Shown: piece by piece, positions 17,538 to 26,783 of the stretch | Position numbering within the stretch: the stretch's first letter is position 1 | Layout: the number at the start of each line of letters is the position of its first letter | From: Micrococcus luteus NCTC 2665 | GTDB lineage: Bacteria > Actinomycetota > Actinomycetes > Actinomycetales > Micrococcaceae | Length of the DNA stretch: 32,000 bases | Assembly (NCBI RefSeq): GCF_000023205.1 | Contig: NC_012803.1 | Span: forward strand, 1,380,001 to 1,412,000 | Direction: 5' to 3' | Translations under genes and position numbers: made by a program | The notes under the pieces: model-generated | Database searches by the model: none | What the model saw: the letters and a program-made list of their open reading frames with translations, nothing else | Told to the model about the DNA's origin: nothing

Positions 17538-19396
17538 TGGTCCTCCTCCTGGCGGCGGCGCTCGGCGCGGCGTCGCTCGGCGATCGTCATGGGCGGCGCG
17601 GTGCGCGAGCGGCGGCCGCCCCGGGCGGACGAGCCCGCGCGGGGGGCGCCCGTCGCGACGAGCGGGCGCGGGGCGTCGGTGGCTGCCGCGTCGTCGGTGG
17701 CTGCCGCGTCGTCGGCGGCCGCCGCGTCGTCGGCGTCGGCCGGCTCGTCGGAGTCCTCCGCCGGGAGCCCGGTGCGGGGGGCGGGGGCGGGCTCGCGGAA
17801 GCGGCCGGCGCCCTGATACAGGGACGGCCCGCCCAGCAGCGACGGGTCCAGTCCGGACATCGGGTGTCCCTCGCCCACGAAGCGGGTCTGGGCCAGCAGC
17901 ACCATGAGCGGGTGGGTGAACATGAACACCACGATCAGGTCGGCGATCGCGGTGAGGCCGAGGGTGAACGCGAAGCCGCGCACGTTGCCGACGGCCACGA
18001 AGTACAGCACGACGGCGGCCAGCAGGTTCACGGCCTTGGACGCGGTGATCGTCCGCCGGGCGCGCTTCCAGCCTTCGTGCACGGCGACGGGCACGGTGTG
18101 GCCCGCGCGCAGCTCGTCCTTGATGCGTTCGAAGTAGACGATGAACGAGTCCGCCGTCAGACCGATCGCGACGATGAGCCCGGCGATGCCCGCGAGGGAC
18201 AGGCGGTAGTTGTCCGTCCAGCCCAGGATCGCGATGGCCAGCCACGTCAGCACGCCCGCCACGATGATCGAGGCGAAGGTCAGCAGGCCCAGGGCCCGGT
18301 ACTGGAAGAACTGGTACACGGCCACGAGGCCGAGGCCGATCAGGCCGGCGATCAGGCCCCAGAAGAGCTGGTCCCGGCCGAGCGTGGCGGAGATCTGCTG
18401 CTCGGACTCGATCGAGAAGGAGATCGGCAGGGAGCCGTAGTTGAGCTGCTCAGCCAACTGCTTCGTCGTCTGCTCGTTCAGGGTGGGGCCGCTGATCTGC
18501 GCGCTGCCGTTGGTGATGACCACGTTGGACTGCGGCGCGGAGATCACGTCCCCGTCCAGCAGGATCGCGAACTGCTTGCGCGGGTCGCCCTCGGGGTACG
18601 GGGTGAGCTTCTGGGTGACCTCTGTGAAGGTCTTGGCGCCCTCCTCGTCGAACTCGATGTTGACGACCCACTGGTTGGTGGAGACGCCGCCCTGGGCCTG
18701 GGCCATGCCGTTGGACGCGCCCTTGATCTGGGTGCCCGGGATGACCACGGGGCCCAGGATGTACTTCTGGGCCGGCGTGACGGCGCCGTCCGCGAGCTCC
18801 GCGGAGGGCTGGCAGGCGACGATCGCCCGGTCGGACGGCGGCGGGGGCGCGGCCGGGTCCCGCGGGGCGGTACAGTCCGTGGCCTGGAACTCGGCCAGCA
18901 GGGCCGGGGTGACCCAGTTCGGGTCGTAGGCGTCCGCCGGCTCCCCGTCGGGCTTCGGCAGCTGGTCTTCGGGCAGGCGCTGGTCCTCGGGGGTGGCCTC
19001 CCCCGGGCCGGACTGCAGCACGGGGCGGAACTGCATGTCCGCGGACGCCTGGATCAGGCGGCGGGTCTCCTCGTCCGGGACCCCGGGCAGGGAGACGACC
19101 ACGTTCTGGGAGCCCTGCGTGGCGACCTCCGCCTCGGCCACGCCGGAGCCGTCCACACGCTGGCGGATGATCTCCACGGCCTGGTCCAGCTGCTCGGGGG
19201 TGACGGACTCGCCCGTCGAGGTCTCGGGAGCCAGCACCATCTGCGTGCCGCCCTCGAGGTCGAGGGCGAGCTTGGGAGCCCAGGAGGCCGCGCCGGAGGC
19301 CACGCCCCCACCGAGGATCGCGGCCAGGACCACGAGGAGGGCGGCCAGCCAGGCCAGGGTGCGCCCGGCGGAGCCGGTGGGTGTTCTCTTCGCCAT
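17534..19396 (-). CDS. secD: Protein translocase subunit SecD
   Basis: 620 aa. MAKRTPTGSAGRTLAWLAALLVVL...LALDLEGGTQMVL..., a periplasmic domain, a C-terminal 6-TM bundle and an acidic/Ala-rich tail. Confidence 0.95.
   Translation of the reverse strand: MAKRTPTGSAGRTLAWLAALLVVLAAILGGGVASGAASWAPKLALDLEGGTQMVLAPETSTGESVTPEQLDQAVEIIRQRVDGSGVAEAEVATQGSQNVVVSLPGVPDEETRRLIQASADMQFRPVLQSGPGEATPEDQRLPEDQLPKPDGEPADAYDPNWVTPALLAEFQATDCTAPRDPAAPPPPSDRAIVACQPSAELADGAVTPAQKYILGPVVIPGTQIKGASNGMAQAQGGVSTNQWVVNIEFDEEGAKTFTEVTQKLTPYPEGDPRKQFAILLDGDVISAPQSNVVITNGSAQISGPTLNEQTTKQLAEQLNYGSLPISFSIESEQQISATLGRDQLFWGLIAGLIGLGLVAVYQFFQYRALGLLTFASIIVAGVLTWLAIAILGWTDNYRLSLAGIAGLIVAIGLTADSFIVYFERIKDELRAGHTVPVAVHEGWKRARRTITASKAVNLLAAVVLYFVAVGNVRGFAFTLGLTAIADLIVVFMFTHPLMVLLAQTRFVGEGHPMSGLDPSLLGGPSLYQGAGRFREPAPAPRTGLPAEDSDEPADADDAAAADDAAATDDAAATDAPRPLVATGAPRAGSSARGGRRSRTAPPMTIAERRRAERRRQEEDQ
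17675..17746 (-). repeat. In-frame 18-bp tandem repeat (about 4 units) in the secD 3' region
   Basis: gtcggtggctgccgcgtc occurs twice identically (17675-17692, 17693-17710), followed by two degenerate units. It encodes (D-D-A-A-A-T/A)n in the SecD C-terminal tail. Confidence 0.85.
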
Positions 19397-19422
19397 TGCT
19401 CAGGTGCTTCCGTCACATTCGA

Positions 19423-19445
19423 GCGGCCCCGCCAGGCGGGGCCGC
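19423..19445 (-). terminator. Hairpin between yajC and secD
   Basis: gcggccccgcc (19423-19433) and ggcggggccgc (19435-19445) form a near-perfect palindrome about 20 nt after the yajC stop. Confidence 0.35.
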
Positions 19446-19466
19446 GTGTGCAGGGGTGGGTGGGCC

Positions 19467-19925
19467 TCAGGCCAGGTCGTCGCGGCGCGGACGCGGGTCG
19501 GCGGCGTCGTCGACGCGGTACTCGGTGCCGGGGGCGTCATCCAGACGCGACGGGTCCGTGGTGGGCGCGGCGGCGGGGTCGACACCCGCCGGGGCCTCGG
19601 CCGTCTCGGGCTCCACGACGGTGGTGACGCCCTGCAGGTGCACGTCCATGCGGGTGCCCGGGGCGGTCTCCAGCGTCACTCGCTGGCCCGCGGTGTCCAC
19701 GGCCACGACGGTGCCGAAGATGCCGGCGCCCGTCATGACCTCGTCGCCCGGGGCGAGGGTGCTGCGCATCTGCGCCTGCTGCTGCTGCACCTTCTTGCCC
19801 CTGCGGAAGGAGAGGAAGAGCATCACCGCGAGCACGGCGAAGGCGACGAGCATGAGCAGGCTGCCGCCACCTCCCTGGGCCTGCTGGGCGATCACGGGCA
19901 GGGTCGCGGCGGTGGCGACGGGCAT
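19467..19925 (-). CDS. yajC: Preprotein translocase subunit YajC
   Basis: Single N-terminal TM segment (LLMLVAFAVLAVMLFLSFRRGKK) followed by the YajC core LAPGDEVMTGAGIFGTVVAVD. CAGGAG lies 6 nt upstream of the ATG. It sits between ruvB and secD as expected. Confidence 0.9.
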   Translation of the reverse strand: MPVATAATLPVIAQQAQGGGGSLLMLVAFAVLAVMLFLSFRRGKKVQQQQAQMRSTLAPGDEVMTGAGIFGTVVAVDTAGQRVTLETAPGTRMDVHLQGVTTVVEPETAEAPAGVDPAAAPTTDPSRLDDAPGTEYRVDDAADPRPRRDDLA

Positions 19926-19948
19926 GGGGGACTCCTGATGCTCGGGGT

Positions 19949-19979
19949 GGGCGGGCCTGTCCAGTGTAGGGGCCCGCCC
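19949..19979 (-). terminator. Hairpin after the ruvB stop
   Basis: gggcgggcc (19949-19957) pairs with ggcccgccc (19971-19979): 9-bp perfect stem, 13-nt loop, 7 nt downstream of the ruvB stop. Confidence 0.45.
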
Positions 19980-19985
19980 TGGGCG

Positions 19986-21008
19986 TCACGGTCCCGGCGT
20001 GGCCTCCGGGACGGCGAGGCCTAGGTGCTCCCAGGCCCCCGGCAGCGCGACGCGGCCACGGGGGGTGCGCGCCACCATGCCCTCGCGGATGAGGAAGGGC
20101 TCGGCCACGGTCTCCACGGTCTCGGACTCCTCCCCCACGGCGGTGGCCAGCGTGCTGAGCCCCACGGGCCCGCCGCCGAACGTGGTGCACAGGGCGGTGA
20201 GCACGGACCGGTCGAGCCGGTCCAGGCCACGCCCGTCGACGTCGTACATGTCCAGGGCGGCGGCGGCGTCGTGCGCGCCGACCTCGGCCAGCCCCTTCAC
20301 GAGCGCCCAGTCCCGCACACGGCGCAGCAAGCGGTTGGCGATGCGCGGGGTGCCGCGCGAGCGCCGGGCGATCTGCCGGTACCCCTCCGTGGCCAGCCGC
20401 ATGTCCAGCAGCAGGGCGGAGCGGCGCAGGACGCGCTCGAGCTCCTCCTCGGTGTAGAAGTCCAGATGGCCCGTGAAGCCGAAGCGGTCGCGCAGCGGCC
20501 CCGGCAGGAGGCCGGCCCGCGTGGTGGCGCCCACGAGCGTGAAGGGCGGCAGCTCGAGCGGGATCGAGGTGGCGCCGGCGCCCTTGCCCACCACGATGTC
20601 CACGCGGAAGTCCTCCATGGCCATGTAGAGCATCTCCTCGGCCGGGCGGGACATCCGGTGGATCTCGTCGAGGAAGAGCACCTCGCCCTCGGTGAGCGAG
20701 GACAGGATGGCCGCGAGGTCGCCCGCGTGCTGGATCGCGGGGCCGGAGGACAGCCGCAGGGGGGCGTTCATCTCCGCGGCCACGATCATCGCCAGCGTGG
20801 TCTTGCCGAGCCCGGGCGGGCCGGAGAGCAGGACGTGGTCCGCGGCGCGGTCCCGCAGCCGGGCGGAGGCGAGCATGAGGTCCAGCTGCTCGCGCACGCG
20901 CATCTGGCCCACGAACTCGTCCAGGTGCTTGGGGCGCAGCGCGACCTCGAGCCGGCGCTCCTCCGGGTCGACGGCCGCCGCGGACAGCGGTGAGGACTCC
21001 GCGCTCAT
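19986..21008 (-). CDS. ruvB: Holliday junction branch migration ATPase RuvB
   Basis: 340 aa. [12 protein letters not shown]..., Walker [15 protein letters not shown], Walker [10 protein letters not shown], sensor GATTRAG. The ATG overlaps the ruvA stop (ATGA, 21005-21008). Confidence 0.97.
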   Translation of the reverse strand: MSAESSPLSAAAVDPEERRLEVALRPKHLDEFVGQMRVREQLDLMLASARLRDRAADHVLLSGPPGLGKTTLAMIVAAEMNAPLRLSSGPAIQHAGDLAAILSSLTEGEVLFLDEIHRMSRPAEEMLYMAMEDFRVDIVVGKGAGATSIPLELPPFTLVGATTRAGLLPGPLRDRFGFTGHLDFYTEEELERVLRRSALLLDMRLATEGYRQIARRSRGTPRIANRLLRRVRDWALVKGLAEVGAHDAAAALDMYDVDGRGLDRLDRSVLTALCTTFGGGPVGLSTLATAVGEESETVETVAEPFLIREGMVARTPRGRVALPGAWEHLGLAVPEATPGP

Positions 21009-21649
21009 CGCCCGCCTCGCACCGCGCCGGCCATGCCGACGTCGCGCAGGGTGGCGCGCAGCAGCGCGGCGACGTCGCGGCCCTCGTCCAGCTCCGGGCG
21101 GGCCGCCACGGTGGCCTCGACGGCCTTGAGCGCCTCCTTCTCGGACCAGCCCAGGCCGGCCATCGCCTGCACGACGTCGGCGTGCCAGACCGTCTCGACG
21201 GCCGGCTCGTCGCTCGCCTCGGCCTCCGCCCCGGGCACCGGCTCCCCGGTGGGTGCGAGGCGGCCGGAGAGCTCGACGATGATCTTGCGCGCCATCTTCG
21301 GCCCGATGCCGGGCACGCGGGTGAGGGTCTTCTCGTCCTCCTCGGTGACCGCCCGGCGCACGGTCTCGGGGTGGTGGACGGAGAGGATCGCCAGGGCGAG
21401 GCGGGGACCCACGCCGTTGGCCGTGATGAGCACCTCGAACACCTCGCGCTCGTCACGGTCCGCGAAGCCGTAGAGGGTCAGGGCGTCCTCCTTGACCACG
21501 AGGTGGGTCTGCACCGCCCCCGGCCGGCCCTCGTGCAGGGTGGACAGCGTCTGCGGGGTGGCGGAGAACTGCACGCCCAGGCCGCCGACGGCGATGACCG
21601 CCCGGTCGAGGGCCACGTGCTCCACGGTGCCGCTGAGCGAGGCGATCAT
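21005..21649 (-). CDS. ruvA: Holliday junction DNA-binding protein RuvA
   Basis: [28 protein letters not shown]...[29 protein letters not shown]...[19 protein letters not shown] (HhH motifs). AGGAGGG lies 6 nt upstream of the ATG. Confidence 0.95.
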   Translation of the reverse strand: MIASLSGTVEHVALDRAVIAVGGLGVQFSATPQTLSTLHEGRPGAVQTHLVVKEDALTLYGFADRDEREVFEVLITANGVGPRLALAILSVHHPETVRRAVTEEDEKTLTRVPGIGPKMARKIIVELSGRLAPTGEPVPGAEAEASDEPAVETVWHADVVQAMAGLGWSEKEALKAVEATVAARPELDEGRDVAALLRATLRDVGMAGAVRGGR

Positions 21650-21694
21650 GAGGGGCCCTCCTGTCGGGACGGACGGACGCCGGTCGGCGCGGAT

Positions 21695-21710
21695 TCGAAC
21701 ATATCATCGA
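21695..21710. promoter_or_regulatory. Partial LexA/SOS-box-like site upstream of ruvA
   Basis: TCGAACATATCATCGA versus the actinobacterial LexA consensus TCGAAC-N4-GTTCGA. The left half is perfect and the right half has 2 mismatches. It lies in an AT-rich patch 46-61 nt upstream of the ruvA ATG and overlaps a minus-strand TATGTT -10-like hexamer (21698-21703). Confidence 0.3.
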
Positions 21711-21729
21711 ACGCCGATGCGGCAGCGGC

Positions 21730-22365
21730 CTACCGGCGTCGCCCGCCGCCCGCCGTGCGCTCGGCGTCGAGCCATGCGCGCTGCGCGGCCGTGAGCTGTC
21801 CCCGCTGGCGGGCGCGCGCGGGCGCCTTGGCGGCGAACTGCGAGCGCCCCGCCCGGGAGGCGAGGTCCGCGGTGTCGAGGCCGGTCTGGCCGGCGGCCGC
21901 GCCGAGGGCGGTGCCGCGCCAGCCGTGGGCGATGGCCAAGGCGAGGGCGTCGGCCGCGTCGGCCGGGCGCGGCGGGGCGTCGAGGCGGAGGATCCGGGTG
22001 ACCATCGTGGTGACCTGCTCCTTGCCCGCGTCGCCGTGTCCGGTGACGGCGGCCTTGACCTCGGAGGGGGTGTGCAGGCCCACGGGGACGCCGGCGCGCG
22101 CGGCCGCGGCGATCGCCACGCCCGCGGCTTGGGCCGTGCCCAGGACGGTCGGCGTGTTCGTGTTCGCGAACATGCGCTCGACGGCGGCGCGGTCTGGCCG
22201 GTGCGCCGCGAGGACCGCGGAGACGGCCTCGTCGATGCGCAGGAGCCGCTCGTCCAGGGGGGCGGTGGGCGGGGTGCCCGCGACCTCGACGTGGACGAGC
22301 GCGGCCCGCCGTCGCGCGTCCACGTCCACCACGGCGATCCCGCAGCGGGTGAGCCCCGGGTCCAC
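21730..22365 (-). CDS. ruvC: Crossover junction endodeoxyribonuclease RuvC (start codon uncertain)
   Basis: ...[19 protein letters not shown]...[56 protein letters not shown] is canonical RuvC. The first canonical start in frame is GTG 22365 (the V of GVDPG). Upstream in-frame candidates are only CTG or ATC (22416, 22413, 22407). Confidence 0.85.
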   Translation of the reverse strand: MDPGLTRCGIAVVDVDARRRAALVHVEVAGTPPTAPLDERLLRIDEAVSAVLAAHRPDRAAVERMFANTNTPTVLGTAQAAGVAIAAAARAGVPVGLHTPSEVKAAVTGHGDAGKEQVTTMVTRILRLDAPPRPADAADALALAIAHGWRGTALGAAAGQTGLDTADLASRAGRSQFAAKAPARARQRGQLTAAQRAWLDAERTAGGGRRR

Positions 22366-22412
22366 CCCGAGGATCCGGACGACGTCGGCGGGCCGGCGCG
22401 CACTCAGCGCGA

Positions 22413-23174
22413 TCAGTCCTCGTCGAGCTCGGCGAGGACCTCGGGGGCGATGTCCACGTTCGAGAAGACGTTCTGGACGTCGTCGAGGTCCTCGAGGGCA
22501 TCGGTCAGCCTGAGGAAGGTGCGGGCGCCCGACGCGTCCAGGTCCACCTTCATGGTGGGGACGAACTCGAGCTCGTCGGACTCGTACTCCACGCCCGCCT
22601 CGTCGAGGGCCTTGGCCACGGACTGCAGGTCGGAGGGGTCCGAGAGGATCTCGAAGGAGTCGCCGGAGAGGACGACCTCCTCGGCGTCGGCGCCGCCCTC
22701 GAGCACGGCCTCGAGCAGGCCGTCCTCGGTGTTGCCCTCGGCGGGCAGGCGCACGAGGCCCTTGCGCTCGAAGAGGAAGGAGACGGAGCCGGAGTCCGCC
22801 ATGGTGCCGCCGTTGCGGGTGACGGCCGCACGCACGTCCGCGGCGGCGCGGTTCTTGTTGTCGGTCAGGCACTCGACCAGCAGCGCGGAGCCCTGGGGGC
22901 CGCGGACCTCGTACATGATCTCGGCGTAGTCGATGACCTCGCCGGTCAGGCCGGCGCCGCGCTTGACGGCGCGGTCGATGTTGTCGTTGGGCACCGAGGC
23001 CTTCTTGGCCTTGGACACGGCCAGATCGAGCGCGGGGTTGCCGGCGACGTCGGGGCCGCCGGCCCGCGCCGCGACCTCGATGTTCTTGATGTACTTCGCG
23101 AACGCCTTGGCGCGCCGCGCGTCGATGACGGCCTTCTTGTGCTTGGTGGTCGCCCACTTGGAATGTCCTGACAT
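22413..23174 (-). CDS. yebC: YebC/PmpR family DNA-binding transcriptional regulator
   Basis: [37 protein letters not shown]... is the invariant YebC N-terminus. ATG 23174 lies 4 nt after GAGGAGG, and GTG 23177 is too close to the SD. Confidence 0.93.
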   Translation of the reverse strand: MSGHSKWATTKHKKAVIDARRAKAFAKYIKNIEVAARAGGPDVAGNPALDLAVSKAKKASVPNDNIDRAVKRGAGLTGEVIDYAEIMYEVRGPQGSALLVECLTDNKNRAAADVRAAVTRNGGTMADSGSVSFLFERKGLVRLPAEGNTEDGLLEAVLEGGADAEEVVLSGDSFEILSDPSDLQSVAKALDEAGVEYESDELEFVPTMKVDLDASGARTFLRLTDALEDLDDVQNVFSNVDIAPEVLAELDED

Positions 23175-23260
23175 CACGCCTCCTCAGGTCTGGATCTCGT
23201 CTGCTGGCTCGACCGCCCAGTCTAGCGACGCCCGGTGGGGTGGTGCGGATCACGGCTGAC

Positions 23261-23266
23261 TACACT
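23261..23266 (+). promoter_or_regulatory. Candidate -10 hexamer (TACACT) for a leaderless M3 peptidase gene
   Basis: TACACT, then 7 nt (cgcgccc), then ATG 23274. No SD. Confidence 0.35.
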
Positions 23267-23273
23267 CGCGCCC

Positions 23274-25367
23274 ATGACCCACACCTCCGCGTCCTCCGTC
23301 CTGCCCGCCGACCACCCGCTGGCGACCCCCTCCGACCTGCCCTACGGGCTGCCCGACTTCTCCGCCGTCTCCGACGCGCAGCTGGCCGAGGCCGTGCGCG
23401 CGGGCATGACGGCCCAGCGCGCCGAGGTCGACCAGATCCTCGGGGCGGCCACGGCGCCGACCTTCGAGAACACCGTCCGTGCGCTCGAGCTGTCCGGCCA
23501 GCTGCTGCGCCGCTCCGCCGCGATGTTCTTCACGCTCGTCGGCTCGGACGGCACGGACGCGCGGCAGGCCCTGGCCGAGGAGCTCTCCCCCGAGCTCGCG
23601 GCCCACGAGGACGCGATCCTGCTGGACCCGCGGCTGGCCTCGCGCGTCGCGGCGATCGACGAGGGCGGCCTCACCGGCGAGGACGCCCGCCTGCTGGAGA
23701 CGCTGCGACTGCGCCTCTCCCTGGCGGGGGCGGACCTGGACGAGGCCGCGCGCGAGGAGCTGCGCGGGATCAACACGGAGCTGGCGTCCCTCTCGGCCGC
23801 CTACACGCGCCGCCTCGTCGCGGACACCGCCGCCCGCGCCGTGCTCGTCACGGACCGCGAGCGCCTGGCCGGTCTGAGCGAGGACGACCTGGCCGCGGCG
23901 GCGGGGGCGGCCGCCGAGGCGGGGCACGGGGACGGGGACGCGGCGGCGGGTCCGTGGCTGCTGACGCTGTCCCTGTTCACGTCGCAGCCGTGGCTGGCGT
24001 CCCTGCAGGACGAGGGGATGCGGCGCGAGGTGTTCGAGGCGTCGACGGCCCGGGGCGGGTCCGGGGAGCACGAGACGCTGACGACGGCGATGGCGATGGT
24101 GCGGCTGCGGCTGCGCAAGGCGCGGCTGCTGGGGGCACAGAGCTGGGCCGAGCAGGCGCTGAAGGACCGGGCGGCGCCGTCGACGGCGGCCGTGGAGGAT
24201 CTGCTGGGCGCGATGGCGCCGCGCGCGATGGCCAATGCGCGGGCGGACGCGGCGACGGCGGCGGCGCACGCGGGCCGGGCGGACGCCGAGGTGGCCCCGT
24301 GGGACTGGCCGGTGCTGTCCGCGGCGTACGCGCGCGAGGAGTTCGCGGTGGACGCGGACGCCCTGCGCCCGTACTTCGAGCTGGACCGGGTGCTGACGGA
24401 GGGCGTGTTCGCGGCGGCGACGGCGCTGTACGGACTCACGTTCGCCGAGCGCCCGGAGCTGGCGCGGCACCTGTACCGCCCCGGGATCCGGGTGTTCGAG
24501 GTGACGGGTGAGGACAGTGCCGGGGTGGGTCTGTTCGTCGCGGACCTGTTCGCGCGGCCGACCAAGTCCGGCGGCGCCTGGATGCACACGGTGCGGGACA
24601 GGGCGGACGCCCTGGGCGAGCGCCCGGTGGTGTTCACCACGATGAATGTGCCGGCCCCGGCGGCGGGGCGTCCGGCCCTGCTGACGCTGGATGAGACCAC
24701 GACGCTGTTCCACGAGTTCGGACACGCCCTGCACGGGCTGCTGGCCCGGGGCGAGTACGCCTCGCTCACCGGGACGAACGTGCCGCGCGACGTCGTCGAG
24801 TTCCCGTCGCAGGTCAACGAGGTGTGGCTGCGCGAGCCGTCCCTGCTGGCCGCGTACGCGCGGCACGTGGAGTCGGGCGAGCCGCTGCCGGCCGGGACGC
24901 TGGAGCGGCTCGAGGCGGCGGACCTGTGGGGCGAGGGGCACCGCACGGTCGAGTACCTGGGTGCGACGCTCGTGGACTGGGCCTGGCACTCGCTGACGGA
25001 GGAGACGGTGGACGCCGCCACGGCCGACCCGGCCGCGTTCGAGCGCCGGGTGCTGATCGAGGCGGGCATCGACCCGGACCTGGTGCCCCCGCGCTACGGC
25101 ACCGGCTACTTCAAGCACATCTTCGGCGGCGGCTATGCGGCCGGGTACTACTCCTATGTGTGGGCCGAGGTGCTGGACGCGGACGCCGTGGAGTGGTTCC
25201 GCGAGCACGGCGGGATGACGCGGGAGAACGGCCGCCGGTTCGCGGACGAGCTGCTCTCGCGGGGCGACACGCGTGACCTGCTGGAGTCCTACCGCGCGTT
25301 CCGTGGCCGGGACGCCGAGCTCGAGCCGCTGCTGCGCCGTCGGGGACTGGCGGACGCCGCGGCCTGA
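23274..25367 (+). CDS. dcp: M3-family zinc metallopeptidase (peptidyl-dipeptidase Dcp / oligopeptidase A-like)
   Basis: 697 aa. N-terminus LPYGLPDFSAVSDAQ..., zinc motif TLFHEFGHALHGLL, and downstream FPSQVNE and YYSYVWAEVLDADA, all typical of M3A peptidases. Confidence 0.9.
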   Translation: MTHTSASSVLPADHPLATPSDLPYGLPDFSAVSDAQLAEAVRAGMTAQRAEVDQILGAATAPTFENTVRALELSGQLLRRSAAMFFTLVGSDGTDARQALAEELSPELAAHEDAILLDPRLASRVAAIDEGGLTGEDARLLETLRLRLSLAGADLDEAAREELRGINTELASLSAAYTRRLVADTAARAVLVTDRERLAGLSEDDLAAAAGAAAEAGHGDGDAAAGPWLLTLSLFTSQPWLASLQDEGMRREVFEASTARGGSGEHETLTTAMAMVRLRLRKARLLGAQSWAEQALKDRAAPSTAAVEDLLGAMAPRAMANARADAATAAAHAGRADAEVAPWDWPVLSAAYAREEFAVDADALRPYFELDRVLTEGVFAAATALYGLTFAERPELARHLYRPGIRVFEVTGEDSAGVGLFVADLFARPTKSGGAWMHTVRDRADALGERPVVFTTMNVPAPAAGRPALLTLDETTTLFHEFGHALHGLLARGEYASLTGTNVPRDVVEFPSQVNEVWLREPSLLAAYARHVESGEPLPAGTLERLEAADLWGEGHRTVEYLGATLVDWAWHSLTEETVDAATADPAAFERRVLIEAGIDPDLVPPRYGTGYFKHIFGGGYAAGYYSYVWAEVLDADAVEWFREHGGMTRENGRRFADELLSRGDTRDLLESYRAFRGRDAELEPLLRRRGLADAAA

Positions 25368-25373
25368 GCGCGG

Positions 25374-26783
25374 TCAGCGCCTCCTGTCGCCGGGGCGGGG
25401 GGCGCTGAGCACGGCGCGCAGCCAGCCGCGCACGGCGGTGTCCCACTTGCGCGGGTCCACGTTCTGCTCCCGGGTGTGGCGGGCCTGGTGGAAGCGGACG
25501 AACCGGACCAGGTCCGGGTTGCGCTCGGCCAGGTCCTGCGAGGGGCCGACGGGCACGTACTCATCGTCCTCGGAGTGCAGGATCAGCGTGGGCACGCGCA
25601 CGTGGTCGGCGCGGGTCACCCAGTCCAGGGCCTTGAGGTCCACGGGGGCGGCCAGGCCCGTGATGAACCGGCCGGCCCGGTTGGCCAGCAGCCACTGGCC
25701 GAGCAGGCCCACGGCTTCGGGGATCCGGTTGAGCCGGGCCTGGTGGCGCAGCACGTCCACCCAGTCCACGACGGGGCCCGTCAGGACCACGCCGCGCACG
25801 CGCGGGGCCAGCGTGGAACGGTCCACGGTCTGCAGCACCACGGCCCCGCCCATGGACCAGCCGAAGAGGACGACGTCCCGGGCGCCATGGTCCAGGGCGT
25901 AGCGGATCGCGGCCTCGACGTCCTCCCATTCAGTGGTGCCGAGCCCGTAGCGGGCGTCGGCCGCGTCCGGGGCGTCGCCGTCGTTGCGGTAGGAGATCAG
26001 CAGCGACGTCATGCCCAGGCGGCGGGCGGTCGGGACGGCGCGGATGCCCTCGTTGCGGCGCGCGCCCCGGCCGTGGACCATCACCGCCCACAGCCCCTCC
26101 GCGGGACGGGGCTCGCCGTCCTCGCTGGGGTCCGGCGCGATGCGCCATGCGCGGGCGTGGCCGCCGGGCACCGGCACCTGCACGTCCTCGGCGTCGAGCC
26201 CGGCGTCGGCGGGGGTCGGGTAGACGAAGCCGGTGAACCGGCCCCGGGTCGCCGTCGTCAGATCACCGGAGAAGACCTCCTCGACCCCGCGCTGCACCGT
26301 CCCGTCCCGGGGGTCGAACGAGGTGATCTCCCCGATCCGGGCGCACCCGGCGCCGTCGTCGAACGTGAGGGAGTACTGGCCGGGCACGGTGGTGTACTCG
26401 TCGGCCTGCAGGATCACGTCCTGCCCGGCGGGCGTGTCGACGACGGCGAGGATCGGCGTGGACTCGGCGTGCCGGCGCACGGGGGTCACCACGGTCCGCG
26501 CGAACACGCCCGCGAGCGCCGAGCTCGCCCCGGCCAGCACGAAGGCGGAGGCCGCGGCGACGCTGAGCACGGGCGGGGCCCAGCGGGCCACCGGGGAGGC
26601 CACGGCCACGCCGCCGCGCACCGATCCGGTGACTCCGCGGCGGACCAGGCGGCCCGCTCGGCGGACGCGGGACTCGCGACTCCCGGCCCGCCGGGATGCC
26701 ACGGTGACGGCGGCGGCCAGGGCGGGCGGCAGGTCGGCGGGGTGGGGACGGGGACGGCGGGGTCGTGCGGCCATGCGCGCCAT
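25374..26783 (-). CDS. Membrane-anchored alpha/beta-hydrolase-fold protein
   Basis: Arg-rich N-terminus plus one TM segment (PPVLSVAAASAFVLAGASSALAGVF). Nucleophile elbow LFGWSMGG and a late HSEDDEYVP...H motif consistent with a Ser-Asp-His triad. Start is ATG 26783 or ATG 26774. Confidence 0.8.
   Translation of the reverse strand: MARMAARPRRPRPHPADLPPALAAAVTVASRRAGSRESRVRRAGRLVRRGVTGSVRGGVAVASPVARWAPPVLSVAAASAFVLAGASSALAGVFARTVVTPVRRHAESTPILAVVDTPAGQDVILQADEYTTVPGQYSLTFDDGAGCARIGEITSFDPRDGTVQRGVEEVFSGDLTTATRGRFTGFVYPTPADAGLDAEDVQVPVPGGHARAWRIAPDPSEDGEPRPAEGLWAVMVHGRGARRNEGIRAVPTARRLGMTSLLISYRNDGDAPDAADARYGLGTTEWEDVEAAIRYALDHGARDVVLFGWSMGGAVVLQTVDRSTLAPRVRGVVLTGPVVDWVDVLRHQARLNRIPEAVGLLGQWLLANRAGRFITGLAAPVDLKALDWVTRADHVRVPTLILHSEDDEYVPVGPSQDLAERNPDLVRFVRFHQARHTREQNVDPRKWDTAVRGWLRAVLSAPRPGDRRR

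Noticed and set aside
17675-17746. Tandem repeats as a possible CRISPR or regulatory array
   Set aside because: The units are contiguous with no spacers, in frame, and inside secD. This is a coding minisatellite, not CRISPR.
19537-21456. 639-aa minus-strand ORF spanning the yajC/ruvB/ruvA region
   Set aside because: It is out of frame relative to the well-supported yajC, ruvB and ruvA genes, with an Arg/Pro-rich artefactual translation.
22166-22181. LexA-box-like GCGAACATGCGCTCGA
   Set aside because: It lies inside the ruvC coding sequence and is an imperfect match. It is probably a chance or codon-driven occurrence.
23250-25208. 652-aa minus-strand ORF, plus the 423-aa plus-strand ORF 23240-24511
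   Set aside because: These are antisense or alternative frames of the M3 peptidase gene. Only the 23274-25367 frame contains the HEFGH zinc motif and M3-like sequence.
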